Virus record (IMG/VR): IMGVR_UViG_3300020598_000119
Direction: 5' to 3' (one strand)
Source of the DNA: a virus
Lineage: Duplodnaviria; Caudoviricetes
DNA: 64,000 bases
The first letter of the stretch is position 1. Every line of letters begins with the position of its first letter. The notes beneath the pieces were generated by a model, which was given only the letters and a program-made list of their open reading frames with translations, did not search any database and had not been told where the DNA came from. The position numbers were made by a program, and so were the translations under genes. Positions 33,316-42,861 of the stretch are shown here, piece after piece.

Positions 33316-34542
33316 ATGCTAAAGAAGATAATTGGTTTGTCACTCGTTGCTTCCCTCGGAATGGCGTCCACCGCTTTTGCCCAGTCGACGGGTACGACAG
33401 GTGGTTCTAATCAGCCAAATCAATCGAATCCGGCAGGTCTGGGCACGTCACTGAGTGTTGACTTCCAAACGGCCGGAAGCAGTTGTTGCGGCAAATATTA
33501 TGACCACAGCAATGCCAACGGCAACGCGAAGAATCTGGCCAACCATTTCAGCCAGAAGTTGGCGGCCATGCAACTCGCGATCATCGAAGCAATGAAGCTC
33601 TCGACTGGTCAGCTCTCGGGTAATCTGCGCGAACAGAGCGGCGCAGAACATACACTTGCAGACCAGCAGGACGACCGTGCGACGGTTAAGTCGATTGAGC
33701 AGGCTCGTATTGACGCAATTCGTGATGCTGAATCAGGTTCCAACTCTTGCCGCGTGATCACCGGATCTCGTGGTGGTGCCGCTGGTAAAGGCGCGAAGAA
33801 ATATGCCCGCCAGCTTGCTGTTGAGGTTGATAAGTTCCTCTTGGGTCAGGAAGGCCCTTCCAAGGGCGGCAGGGACGTCGCGATTTCCGCTCGTCTGGGA
33901 GCGCACTGCAAATACGCCTCCCAAACGGATGTGGATTTGGGTCTTTGTTCGGCCGTTGGCGAAAAACCAAATGCGGATATAAGCGCGGCTGAATCGGTTT
34001 TCTATCAAGAAGATGGTGCAGTTTCGACATATACCCCTGAAAGAGAAGCTGCATCTAAGCTCTTTGTGATCAACGCATTTGCAGGCTCCCCTCTGACGGA
34101 GTTAGAACACAGGAAGGCGAGTGACGGCCCAGAACAGTTTGCGAAGAATATCAGCTACGCTAGTCGTTCTGCCATCGCCACCAGCGTCGCTTCTGACTAT
34201 GTTGGCAATCGCGTGGCGCAAAAGGACAAAAAACTTCTCGACTGGGCGCAGGGTAGCGTGCAAAAGATGCCAGGATTCCAGAATGCTGACTTTGACAATG
34301 CCGGAATCAGCAATCACGATTGGATGAAAATCATGTCGAGAAATTTCCTCCTCGACTCCGAACGCCTCGGCGCTTGTGATAAAACTTCGACAAATGCGTT
34401 GAAGTGCATCAAGAACATGGTCGCTGTTCAGACATATATGCAGTTTGAGTCCTATGAAATGCTCGAAAAAATCGGGTTCATTCTTGCAAACCAGCTTTCT
34501 ATTATGAATGACAACACCCGAAAGGAAATTTCCCTCCGATAA
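33316..34542 (+). CDS. Exported IcmX/TraW-like protein (tentative)
   Basis: Signal peptide (TAFA|Q), ~410 aa, helical C-terminus; position downstream of the icmW-like gene; aggagg RBS. Confidence 0.55.
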   Translation: MLKKIIGLSLVASLGMASTAFAQSTGTTGGSNQPNQSNPAGLGTSLSVDFQTAGSSCCGKYYDHSNANGNAKNLANHFSQKLAAMQLAIIEAMKLSTGQLSGNLREQSGAEHTLADQQDDRATVKSIEQARIDAIRDAESGSNSCRVITGSRGGAAGKGAKKYARQLAVEVDKFLLGQEGPSKGGRDVAISARLGAHCKYASQTDVDLGLCSAVGEKPNADISAAESVFYQEDGAVSTYTPEREAASKLFVINAFAGSPLTELEHRKASDGPEQFAKNISYASRSAIATSVASDYVGNRVAQKDKKLLDWAQGSVQKMPGFQNADFDNAGISNHDWMKIMSRNFLLDSERLGACDKTSTNALKCIKNMVAVQTYMQFESYEMLEKIGFILANQLSIMNDNTRKEISLR

Positions 34543-34588
34543 TTGGAGGGAAATTTCCGTAAAATTGCCATAATAGGAGACTGCATAA

Positions 34589-35773
34589 ATGAGACTTCCA
34601 AAGCGCGACCTTGCGGTTCAAGAAGCAATCGAAAAGACTGACGAAGAGTCTCACATCGTCAGCGGACCTCTTGATAAGTCCGCCGACAGCGATGCCGTCC
34701 ATGACGAAACTGTTGTAGTAAGCCCAGAGACACAGACCCCTACTGCTGAAGCCGCGCCCGTAAAGAGTGAGCGAGATCAGCTGATCGAAGCCGCATTCCT
34801 TGAGGCTCAAAGGGCCAAGGCCGAGGCACCGCAGGTGCCTACCGAACAGGCTACGTCAACAGAGACGCCTGCTGCAGATGAAGGGAAGCCAGAGCAGGCC
34901 CCAGAAGCTACATCGGAAGCCAGCCCTGAAGCTAAGCCTGAGGACGAACTCGACGAGAACAATCCAATTTACGCCGCATGCCTAAAGGCAGCAGGCGATT
35001 TTGGATACTCAGGCGACGCTCAGAAGCTTCGCGCGAAGGAGCTGTACCAGACAGAGGTCAAGAACAAGCAAAAGGCTCAGAAGGCCGCTGAAGCCGCCGA
35101 AAAGATGCAGCAGCAGATGGGAGGCGGCGGCGCTCCTAGTATCGCAGGTCTTCTCGCCAAGATGTTCTCCAAAACTGGAAATAGCGGAAAGGTCGCGAAA
35201 GAAGGTCTGTCGGAGCGCGTCCTGAACTATCGAGCATCCCAGTTGAACAGCAATTTCCATAGAATGTCGGACAGCATCAAAGCTCTCGACAAGGAAGTCG
35301 GCATACTCAATGAAACGTTCGGGAAAAGCCTCGGCGGCGAAGCGCTTGCTGAAATGGCCACTGCGCAAAATATCTCTGTTTCTCAGTTGGTTTCAGATAT
35401 TCAGGAAGGCAAAAACACCAGTGTTCAAGCCAAGCTGGCGCTGGACAATGCCATGAGTAATCCTGAATTCAATGCTCAGTGGGAAAACGTCACCGACGCG
35501 CGCCTGAGAATGACCGAGGCAGTTGAGAAAACCGGAGCAAGCTTTGCCAAGCTTGAGAAGAGCCACGGCGACCGCTTCGATGCGGAAGAATTCAGCCAGA
35601 AGTTCAATGCTCAACTTGACAGCCTGCAAAAAGGGAACAAACCTATTTCAGGTACAAATGAAGACAAAAATCTCGCAAAAGACTTCCAGAAGAACCTGGA
35701 TCAGGTGATGGAAAAGATGCGCAAGATCATCGCACAGGCAGTCGAAAAGGTGGTGCGAATCTTCTCCAAGTAA
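34589..35773 (+). CDS. Hypothetical coiled-coil protein with acidic N-terminus
   Basis: aggag RBS; E/A/P-rich N-terminus, helical C-terminus. Confidence 0.75.
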   Translation: MRLPKRDLAVQEAIEKTDEESHIVSGPLDKSADSDAVHDETVVVSPETQTPTAEAAPVKSERDQLIEAAFLEAQRAKAEAPQVPTEQATSTETPAADEGKPEQAPEATSEASPEAKPEDELDENNPIYAACLKAAGDFGYSGDAQKLRAKELYQTEVKNKQKAQKAAEAAEKMQQQMGGGGAPSIAGLLAKMFSKTGNSGKVAKEGLSERVLNYRASQLNSNFHRMSDSIKALDKEVGILNETFGKSLGGEALAEMATAQNISVSQLVSDIQEGKNTSVQAKLALDNAMSNPEFNAQWENVTDARLRMTEAVEKTGASFAKLEKSHGDRFDAEEFSQKFNAQLDSLQKGNKPISGTNEDKNLAKDFQKNLDQVMEKMRKIIAQAVEKVVRIFSK

Positions 35774-35784
35774 ATAGGTTTTAA

Positions 35785-37443
35785 ATGCCCGATTTATTCG
35801 TTATTGAGGCCCCAGGAAAGGCCAAGCACATACAGGAAATTCTAAAGAGCGTCGGCATCGACGCTCGTGTGCAAGCGACGAAAGGGCACCTCTACTCAAT
35901 GCCCGACAGGCTGACCCCTGTCGGGATCGACAGCGGATTTAGAGAATTCGAGCGCAAATTGCGTGAGCCTGAAATCGGCCAGCGAATCCGCGACGAAGCT
36001 GCAAATGCAGAACGCGTATTTATCGCAACGGACGCCGACGAAGAAGGCGACGTAATCGCATGGGACGTGGCAGAATTAATCGCCGATATTCAAGCACACC
36101 CACTGAGAGTTCGCCTGAGGGGAATGGATGAAGAGTCCGTCCTGGAATCTATCGAGGGCGCATCTAATGTTCTCAAGCGAGATGCCATTGCTGGCAGGAC
36201 GCGAGCCATCGTGGATCGAATGATCGGCTCGGTCTTTTCACGCGACGGGGTCGCTGTCGGCCGTGTTGGCACTGCTCTTCTCGGATTGGTTCAAAAGGAA
36301 CAGCCGCCTGTCGTCAGGCTTCGCCTGGTGGCTCCGGCCAAGGAAGGCCGCCCATGGGTCGCAGACTGCGACGTAAAGGCCCCTCTCGACTTCCAGACCG
36401 CCAAGAAGCTTGAGGCCGTGCGTTTTCCTGTTCTGGACGCTTCTGAGCGCAGCGAACGCTCCCAGGGCCGCCCAGGCAACCTTGGAGACATCATGGTGAG
36501 CGCGGGCGACAAGATGGACATGTCGCCAAAAGAAGCCGCCACCTCCATGCAACGCCTTTATGAGGCAGGAAGAGTGTCGTATCCACGCGCCAACTCTCGC
36601 GGCATCTCCAGATCAGTCCTGCGCAAGGTCGCCAAGGCCCTCCAGAAGTCTGGCTACAAGTTCGATGAGAATGTCATTCCCGACAAGCCCGACACTGACG
36701 TTCACGACGCTCCATACCCGATTGGTCGTACCGAAATCGCACGTGATCCAGTTAAGCAGGGACACGACGAAGGCCTTCGCACTCTCATCGCCCGAGACAT
36801 GATCAAGAGCGGCCAGGTTCACGAGCTTCAGTTTGGCGTTGGCGAGCGGGCTGGCACCCATCTGAAGAAGCTAGGATTCAGTGAAGAGGTCGCGACCTAC
36901 GTATCGAACCTGGAATGGCGTCGGGAAATTGGCCCGCAGTACCCCGGTCAGGAAACTTGGCCAGAGAGCAAGGTTACCGTTCGCCGTGCCGACACAGTGC
37001 TTTTGCAGCATGCAGTCGAAGCTGGACTGGGCAAACCATCGACCTGGGCAAACCACATCGACAAGTTCATGAGCCGGGGCCTCGTCGACGAGGATCTCAA
37101 CCTGACTCGCAAAGGCAAGGAATGGATCGCAGCCAGCCCCCCTGCCCTTCTCGACCCGCGCATCTCTGCCGCCATCGAGCAAGCCTGTGATCGCGTCCTG
37201 AAGGGAATGATGGACGATCCAGACCGTGAGCCATGGGAAATCCTCTCGGAAAAAATCATCAACGCACTTCCGGATCAGCTGAAAAAGCCTTTGATGAACG
37301 CCGTTGAGAAAACACCCCCTCATCCGAAACCAGACCCAATTGCTCCATACAGGGAAACGGTCGGTTTGGAGAACATCCTCGAAAACGCCAAGGACAGGGC
37401 CTTCAATTACGGCCCACGTGGACCAGAAGCTCCATCCCAGTAA
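35785..37443 (+). CDS. Compact type IA DNA topoisomerase
   Basis: TOPRIM IEAPGKAK, ATKGHL, ATDADEEGD; MQRLYEAGRVSYPR catalytic Tyr; GLGKPST; no Zn ribbons. Confidence 0.88.
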   Translation: MPDLFVIEAPGKAKHIQEILKSVGIDARVQATKGHLYSMPDRLTPVGIDSGFREFERKLREPEIGQRIRDEAANAERVFIATDADEEGDVIAWDVAELIADIQAHPLRVRLRGMDEESVLESIEGASNVLKRDAIAGRTRAIVDRMIGSVFSRDGVAVGRVGTALLGLVQKEQPPVVRLRLVAPAKEGRPWVADCDVKAPLDFQTAKKLEAVRFPVLDASERSERSQGRPGNLGDIMVSAGDKMDMSPKEAATSMQRLYEAGRVSYPRANSRGISRSVLRKVAKALQKSGYKFDENVIPDKPDTDVHDAPYPIGRTEIARDPVKQGHDEGLRTLIARDMIKSGQVHELQFGVGERAGTHLKKLGFSEEVATYVSNLEWRREIGPQYPGQETWPESKVTVRRADTVLLQHAVEAGLGKPSTWANHIDKFMSRGLVDEDLNLTRKGKEWIAASPPALLDPRISAAIEQACDRVLKGMMDDPDREPWEILSEKIINALPDQLKKPLMNAVEKTPPHPKPDPIAPYRETVGLENILENAKDRAFNYGPRGPEAPSQ

Positions 37444-37467
37444 GTTCTCGGGCGTCTCTCGATCTAT

Positions 37468-37496
37468 TAAAAGGCCGAATAAGATTTCGGCCTTTT
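37468..37496. terminator. Bidirectional terminator
   Basis: aaaaggccgaa-taagat-ttcggcctttt between convergent genes. Confidence 0.7.
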
Positions 37497-37514
37497 AAAG
37501 GAATATTTTCGACA

Positions 37515-38066
37515 TTAAGTATCGAGTGTGTGGCAGGGAGTTAGTGCATTTTCTCGCAATTCAATCAGGGCGTCAGCCTTCGCAGCCGCCTCGCTTGAAG
37601 TCGCACCGAATGAAACCGGAATATTGGAATAAAGCAGAGTCCAATTTCCGCCAGGAAGATGGGGCCGACGAACCAGCATCAGCGGATAATCTTTATCAAA
37701 ATATGTGAAAGGGCCGCCTTCAGGACCGTTCCAGAAGTCAGGTGCGCCTACGCCGTCTTGATGCTTGTGCTCAGGTAACTGCAAAGGCGCAAATTCAAGC
37801 GCTTGGTCGACAAGCCTGTTCAATCTGCCCGCAATTGAGGTCAGATCGCCACCACTGGAAAGGAAATAGGACACGTAATCCATCGCGCTTGAAGCGACCG
37901 TCAATCTTGCAGCCGTAGAGAGACGCGAATCCCAAAGGGCAGCACGATCTGCCGAGGCCGAAATTGCACGTGAAAGAAAATCACCAAATTGCTTTGATTC
38001 TGGTATTTCTTCCGAAATGGCAGCTATTTCCGCCAGGATTTTATCTATTTTGGTTTTTATATTCAT
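37515..38066 (-). CDS. Hypothetical protein
   Basis: ggagg RBS before ATG 38066. Confidence 0.65.
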   Translation of the reverse strand: MNIKTKIDKILAEIAAISEEIPESKQFGDFLSRAISASADRAALWDSRLSTAARLTVASSAMDYVSYFLSSGGDLTSIAGRLNRLVDQALEFAPLQLPEHKHQDGVGAPDFWNGPEGGPFTYFDKDYPLMLVRRPHLPGGNWTLLYSNIPVSFGATSSEAAAKADALIELRENALTPCHTLDT

Positions 38067-38135
38067 ATGTTTAGGGCCTCCGAAGACCAAGTATGTGGTC
38101 AGCGGAAGCCCTAAACAAGCGTATTTATAGCCGAA

Positions 38136-39062
38136 TTATGCAGTCCGCCGCATTAATTCAGGATAGTGATTGGCCGGAGCCGGATCAGGCCGAGTTTCAT
38201 GAACTTGATCCACCAACTGACGGCGGACCTGTTCGCTCATATCGACAGGAGAGAGTTGCTCCTCGGATGTAGTTGCCTCCGATTTCACTGGCTCGTCGAT
38301 TTCGGCCGTTTGCACTGGCTCGGTGCCTGATGCCGAATTCTCATCATGGTTTTCAGCCAGAGCCTTGCGAGCCTCTTCTTCGGCCTTATCCCTCTCGATA
38401 TCCAACCCCAAACGATTTGTGATCAATCGGGCGAAGTCCCGCGCCTTCCCATCAATGAGAGGAGTATATTTCGGGTCATGCCCATCGGCCATGTCGCTAA
38501 AGGACTGGATGTAGGGAAACACCTCCGGCAAAAGAATACCCATCCTGTCCCAACGATGGATCATTTCCCGAATGCGCGGTTTACTCTCCAGAGCGTGCCG
38601 CTTACGGGCTTCTCCCGGCCACTTGTTCAAGACGATAAAGATATCCTTCTTTATCCCCTTTGTTTCGAAGTAGTTCGCCAACTCGAAATAATCCGCCTCC
38701 GCGACCTGCATCTCCTCAGCGCCAGATCCTGTTGGGATCAGGATCATGTCACAGAGTTCAGAAACGACGAAGTCGATGTTGCGGCGATTGGCTCCGCCGT
38801 CGACGACCATCACGGAATTGGGCACCGCCTCCATATAAGTCAGAATTGGCACCATGATGTCTTTAATGTCCCTACTCTGAGGGACGCTCGCGAGCATATA
38901 CTTCCGCGCATCAACCCATTCTGGTGGCCGAGCAGTGCGGACGTCCGTCATCATCATCACAGAGAAGCCGCCCATGTACATCACCCCATGAGCCAGCAGG
39001 TGCGATAGCAAAGATTTGCCAGAGCCACCCTTACGTCCCAAGATACCAACGATGCTGGTCAT
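38136..39062 (-). CDS. parA: ParA/MinD-family ATPase
   Basis: Deviant Walker A GRKGGSGKS, VVDGGAN, CDMILIP, IVLNKW. Confidence 0.82.
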   Translation of the reverse strand: MTSIVGILGRKGGSGKSLLSHLLAHGVMYMGGFSVMMMTDVRTARPPEWVDARKYMLASVPQSRDIKDIMVPILTYMEAVPNSVMVVDGGANRRNIDFVVSELCDMILIPTGSGAEEMQVAEADYFELANYFETKGIKKDIFIVLNKWPGEARKRHALESKPRIREMIHRWDRMGILLPEVFPYIQSFSDMADGHDPKYTPLIDGKARDFARLITNRLGLDIERDKAEEEARKALAENHDENSASGTEPVQTAEIDEPVKSEATTSEEQLSPVDMSEQVRRQLVDQVHETRPDPAPANHYPELMRRTA

Positions 39063-39073
39063 CTTATTTCCTT

Positions 39074-39658
39074 TCAAGGTGTTTGAACGTGAAGGCCCAA
39101 ACCATCATCCGTAGGCACGACTTGATCGTCTTTCATATTTGCCTTCGCGTAAGCGATCATGTGGCGAAGGATTTCTGACGTCGGAACTCGCCGATCCAAG
39201 CGAATGGCTTCGGTTCGCGACAGTCGTGCGATCAATTGATGATCGCTGTCATCCAGAGAATATGACTTCTCCGACTTTGTCTTGGTCCTTTTGGCTGGCG
39301 TTGCCACAGGCGCTTCCGGCACAGAAACCGATGCCCTGTCTTCCACCGGAACCTGTTGCTGAACGACGGGAGCCTGATGCTCCACTCGGGCCTGTGGCGC
39401 AGGCGGCTGAACAGTTTGCGGGGCCGGAACAGATTGACCAATAGTCTCGGCCGCCGCCATCTCCGTCATGCGTTGCAGCTCGGCGATTGTGCCACCAGGC
39501 GTGGCGTCTGGATAATGCTGTGCCTGCCGCATACGCTCGGCCAGGCCCGAGTTCAGTATGTCCAGCTTCGACTTGGGTTTTTCACGATTCATGAACGCAC
39601 TCTTCTTGTCGGAAGAGGTTAGCTGGTTCGTCGCAAGTGTTTGGCTGTTGCCGCTCAT
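39074..39658 (-). CDS. Putative centromere-binding protein with C-terminal ribbon-helix-helix
   Basis: Disordered N-terminus then KSYSLDDSDHQLIARL...TSEILRHMI (strand-helix-helix pattern); directly upstream of parA. Confidence 0.6.
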   Translation of the reverse strand: MSGNSQTLATNQLTSSDKKSAFMNREKPKSKLDILNSGLAERMRQAQHYPDATPGGTIAELQRMTEMAAAETIGQSVPAPQTVQPPAPQARVEHQAPVVQQQVPVEDRASVSVPEAPVATPAKRTKTKSEKSYSLDDSDHQLIARLSRTEAIRLDRRVPTSEILRHMIAYAKANMKDDQVVPTDDGLGLHVQTP

Positions 39659-39799
39659 AACGAGCCTTCCCTCCATTTTTGTTTCACCCGAATCAAAAGG
39701 CCGATCCTCACATTTCAAATACCGCGAATTCCCCGCTATGAGAATCCCAATTGGTTAACAAATTATTAACCTCACAAGCTCCGAAGTTGTGTGGCGACC

Positions 39800-41550
39800 A
39801 GTTTAGCAATGTAACACGTTGATTTTATGTGCGTTTGCTAGACCGATAAAATATCATTCAATCACTAAGACAAACTGCGAAACTGAGGGTTTGCGTCATT
39901 TGCAACCTGTTAACTGGGCAGAATCACAAACTGCGAATCTGCCAATCTCCGAAGCGATCATTCGCACAAACCAGCAATCACACATTCCATTTGATTGGCA
40001 ATTGGCCAGTCTCTGATTTTGTCATTCTACTCTCTTGTCAAACTGGCAAAATCCAAACCTGATAGTTTGCGTTTCTGTGAAACTAACAGATTGGCAGTTT
40101 CTCATTTTCGGGGTTTGACAGGCTACGTCTATACCATTTTCCCAGACACACAGACTGCCACCCTGCCCTTCTGCCAAACAGATAGCCTCGTAGCCCGAGC
40201 TTTTCTTAAACAGACAGCATACCAACTTGTCAAAAAATCAAACTTGAAAAGACGCAAAATGACCGCCTATCAAACTACCAACCTGTCAGTTTCGTTGGCG
40301 GGCAGAATGCCAAACCCGCAATATGCGAGATTGCTAACCTACCACTCGGCTAATCTGCCAGGTTCATCGAGACGAAACCTCATAAACTGGCCGAACAACA
40401 CCCCCCTGCTCTGTCAAACTGGTAGTCTGTTAGTTTGTGCATCACACACAGACCGGAACAGATCAATCGTAACCTATCGAAGCTGCGATAGCTAACGCCT
40501 TGTTTTTATTGAATTTGCTAGTTTGATAGTTTGACAAGTTGATCATAATTATCAGGCATTCGAGGGCACAGGCCTGAGGGTTCATCGGGTCAGCGCTCCT
40601 TTCATGAGCAGGCCTTACATTTTATCAAACTGTGATGAATTCCAGCAGTCAAACTATCAAATTGACAATGACCGCAGCTATCAGTCTCTCCGGTTGAGAG
40701 GCCCGCAAATTGCCAATCTGCGGAACAACACAACGATCAAACAGCGAAACCAGCATACAAGCAGTTTCACAATCAGGCAGTTTCCCAAATACCCCGTTTG
40801 CCAAACTATCATTTTATCAACTTGAGACATTAGCAGGCTGACACTCGAACAATTTTGGAATTTCCCAAAGGCACTGCTTATGAAACCAACCGACTGATTT
40901 CTTGGCAGGCAAACAGCCTCCCAGACTATCAGACAGACACTTTTGCACTCTGGTAAGTTCTCATCCTGCTAGCTTGATGAGTTGGCAAAGGCGGTTTTTG
41001 GTTGTCTGTGGGAATGTGTGACTGCTTTTCTCGCACTCTGTGATTTTAATAGTCGACCAGTTTCGTAAGGTCCAAAACTGGCAAAATGAAAGGCTACCAA
41101 GATGGCAGTTTGATCTCCTCTCAATCCGACAGGCCAACAGCTTCACAAGCAAACATTCTGCTGAACTGGCATTTTGCAAAACCCGTTTACAGACACTTTG
41201 CCAAACAGTGAGCCTAGCTAAGGGTCGCACGCACAAAGTGCCACTCTGACAATCTGATAGTTTAAGAGCTTACCAGGGTGCCATTTTGGCATTCTGAGAG
41301 AAGCAATGATTGCATGTGACCCAAAGATGTCCTCGATCCGAAAAGGCGATCAATGAGAACGTCTACGATTGAAAGGAATGAACGCTTGGCGTTCTCTTAC
41401 GACGCGACGCGCGATAAGCGTTGCCATATCGTTCTTGGAGAATACACGGCGAAAGCGAAATCCGAGCGCTCCACACAAACTATCAGACTAACAGGTTGCC
41501 TGCTTCCCAGTTTGCCCGATTGGCAAACTAACATTCCGACAAACTGAGGC
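39800..41550. repeat. Non-coding array of degenerate ~8-nt repeats (CAAACT[AG]-like, both orientations); putative centromere/origin region
   Basis: Examples: caaactgcgaaactga, caaactggcaaa, caaactaccaacctgtca, gtttgatagtttgaca, caaactatcaaattgaca, caaactatcagactaaca. Confidence 0.7.
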
Positions 41551-41942
41551 TTCAAATCCGAAAAGCGCTAAACGCGATAGGGGAGGGGCTTCCGATCCAG
41601 GCGATGACAGCAAACCAAAGCGTCAGAGGAGGGGATCGTTCAAAGCGACTGGAGAAACACGAGGGAGACGGAAAGCGAGCATTCCGATGAGCGACACACG
41701 CTCTCCGATTGGGCTGTTCGCGAAAGAACCTCGACCTCGGACGATCAAGACCCATTCCAATCGCGCGGACAAAAATCTCCAGCGATTGGATAGCTAGTAT
41801 GGGATCTCGTTTGGCGAGGACTCAGAACCATCAAACAAAGGTCGCCCTTTTACACTCCTCGAAGAGGACGTGTGGCAACCCTTGACCATTTCAGTATGTG
41901 AGTGTCGGCGGCAAACGCCAAGCGAAAATAGAATTGGCTAAC

Positions 41943-42803
41943 CTAGGCCTCTTCGAAGACATCCAACAGAAGGCCTGCTTCCTGCCGGATAACGTCATCA
42001 CCAGCTGATGCATCGCAGAGTAGCCAACTATTCCCAAGCGTTCGCAAAACGACGTTCGAACGCGTCCACGAAAGCTCATCTCCTTCGCCGTAGTCGATAT
42101 TAAGACGCTGCGCCGACAGCTTGGAAGATCTGTCGGGGTCAATCTCGATGTGGAAGTAGGGGGCCACCCGCCAAGCCGTCCTGGAGTACGTCGCTTCATC
42201 GATCATCGCCGATGGCACCGTCTCTTCAAACAAGGCGATCAATTCTTCAGCAGTACGAGGCTTGTCCCCGCCAATCATGGTCTCGCAGACCTCACCCTCC
42301 TCATCCTCACCAGTCAAGACAATTCCAGCGACACCAAACTGACAGGCCTTATCGAGTTCACCCATCTGGTTCTTCTTGAAATCAACCACAGGGTCATTGG
42401 TCTTGGATTTGTCCATCCCTATGACGACGATTGCCCGATCCACCATCTTCGTCCCCTGTTTCGGGGGGAGGATGCACACTGCAGCATCGTTGAGCAGAAC
42501 AGGGAAGTTGTCGGTCTCGCGGGCGACGATGGTCTCGACAGATTTCACTGAGAGGATGCCGTCTTCGGACACCTCTGCCTTTCGCATAAGGACAATACCA
42601 CCGAGCCTGAGGCCATACTTCTTGAGAACTGAGAAGTCGCTCGGCTGAAAACCAACGGGGACTATACGAACTCGGGCTACATAAACCTGCCCCTCACGCA
42701 CTCCAGGCGCATCAGCGAGAATCTCAACCTTCGCAGCGCCATCAGCATCCCACTTAACAACTCGCGCGATAACGTTGGGTAATGCTGACCCCGACTTAGA
42801 CAT
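41943..42803 (-). CDS. Hypothetical protein
   Basis: Long ORF; start uncertain (42803, 42830 or 42863); divergent from the sbcB-like gene. Confidence 0.72.
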   Translation of the reverse strand: MSKSGSALPNVIARVVKWDADGAAKVEILADAPGVREGQVYVARVRIVPVGFQPSDFSVLKKYGLRLGGIVLMRKAEVSEDGILSVKSVETIVARETDNFPVLLNDAAVCILPPKQGTKMVDRAIVVIGMDKSKTNDPVVDFKKNQMGELDKACQFGVAGIVLTGEDEEGEVCETMIGGDKPRTAEELIALFEETVPSAMIDEATYSRTAWRVAPYFHIEIDPDRSSKLSAQRLNIDYGEGDELSWTRSNVVLRTLGNSWLLCDASAGDDVIRQEAGLLLDVFEEA

Positions 42804-42861
42804 TACTGCTTGCCTATTGCGAACTTCCATTGGACTCTGATGTAAATGCTGGAGTGAATTC

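Noticed and set aside
39800-41550. CRISPR array or protein-coding ORFs (e.g. 39995-40495) in the repeat region
   Set aside because: Repeats are short and degenerate with no constant 25-40 nt repeat/spacer pattern and no cas genes; the ORFs have odd composition dictated by the repeats.
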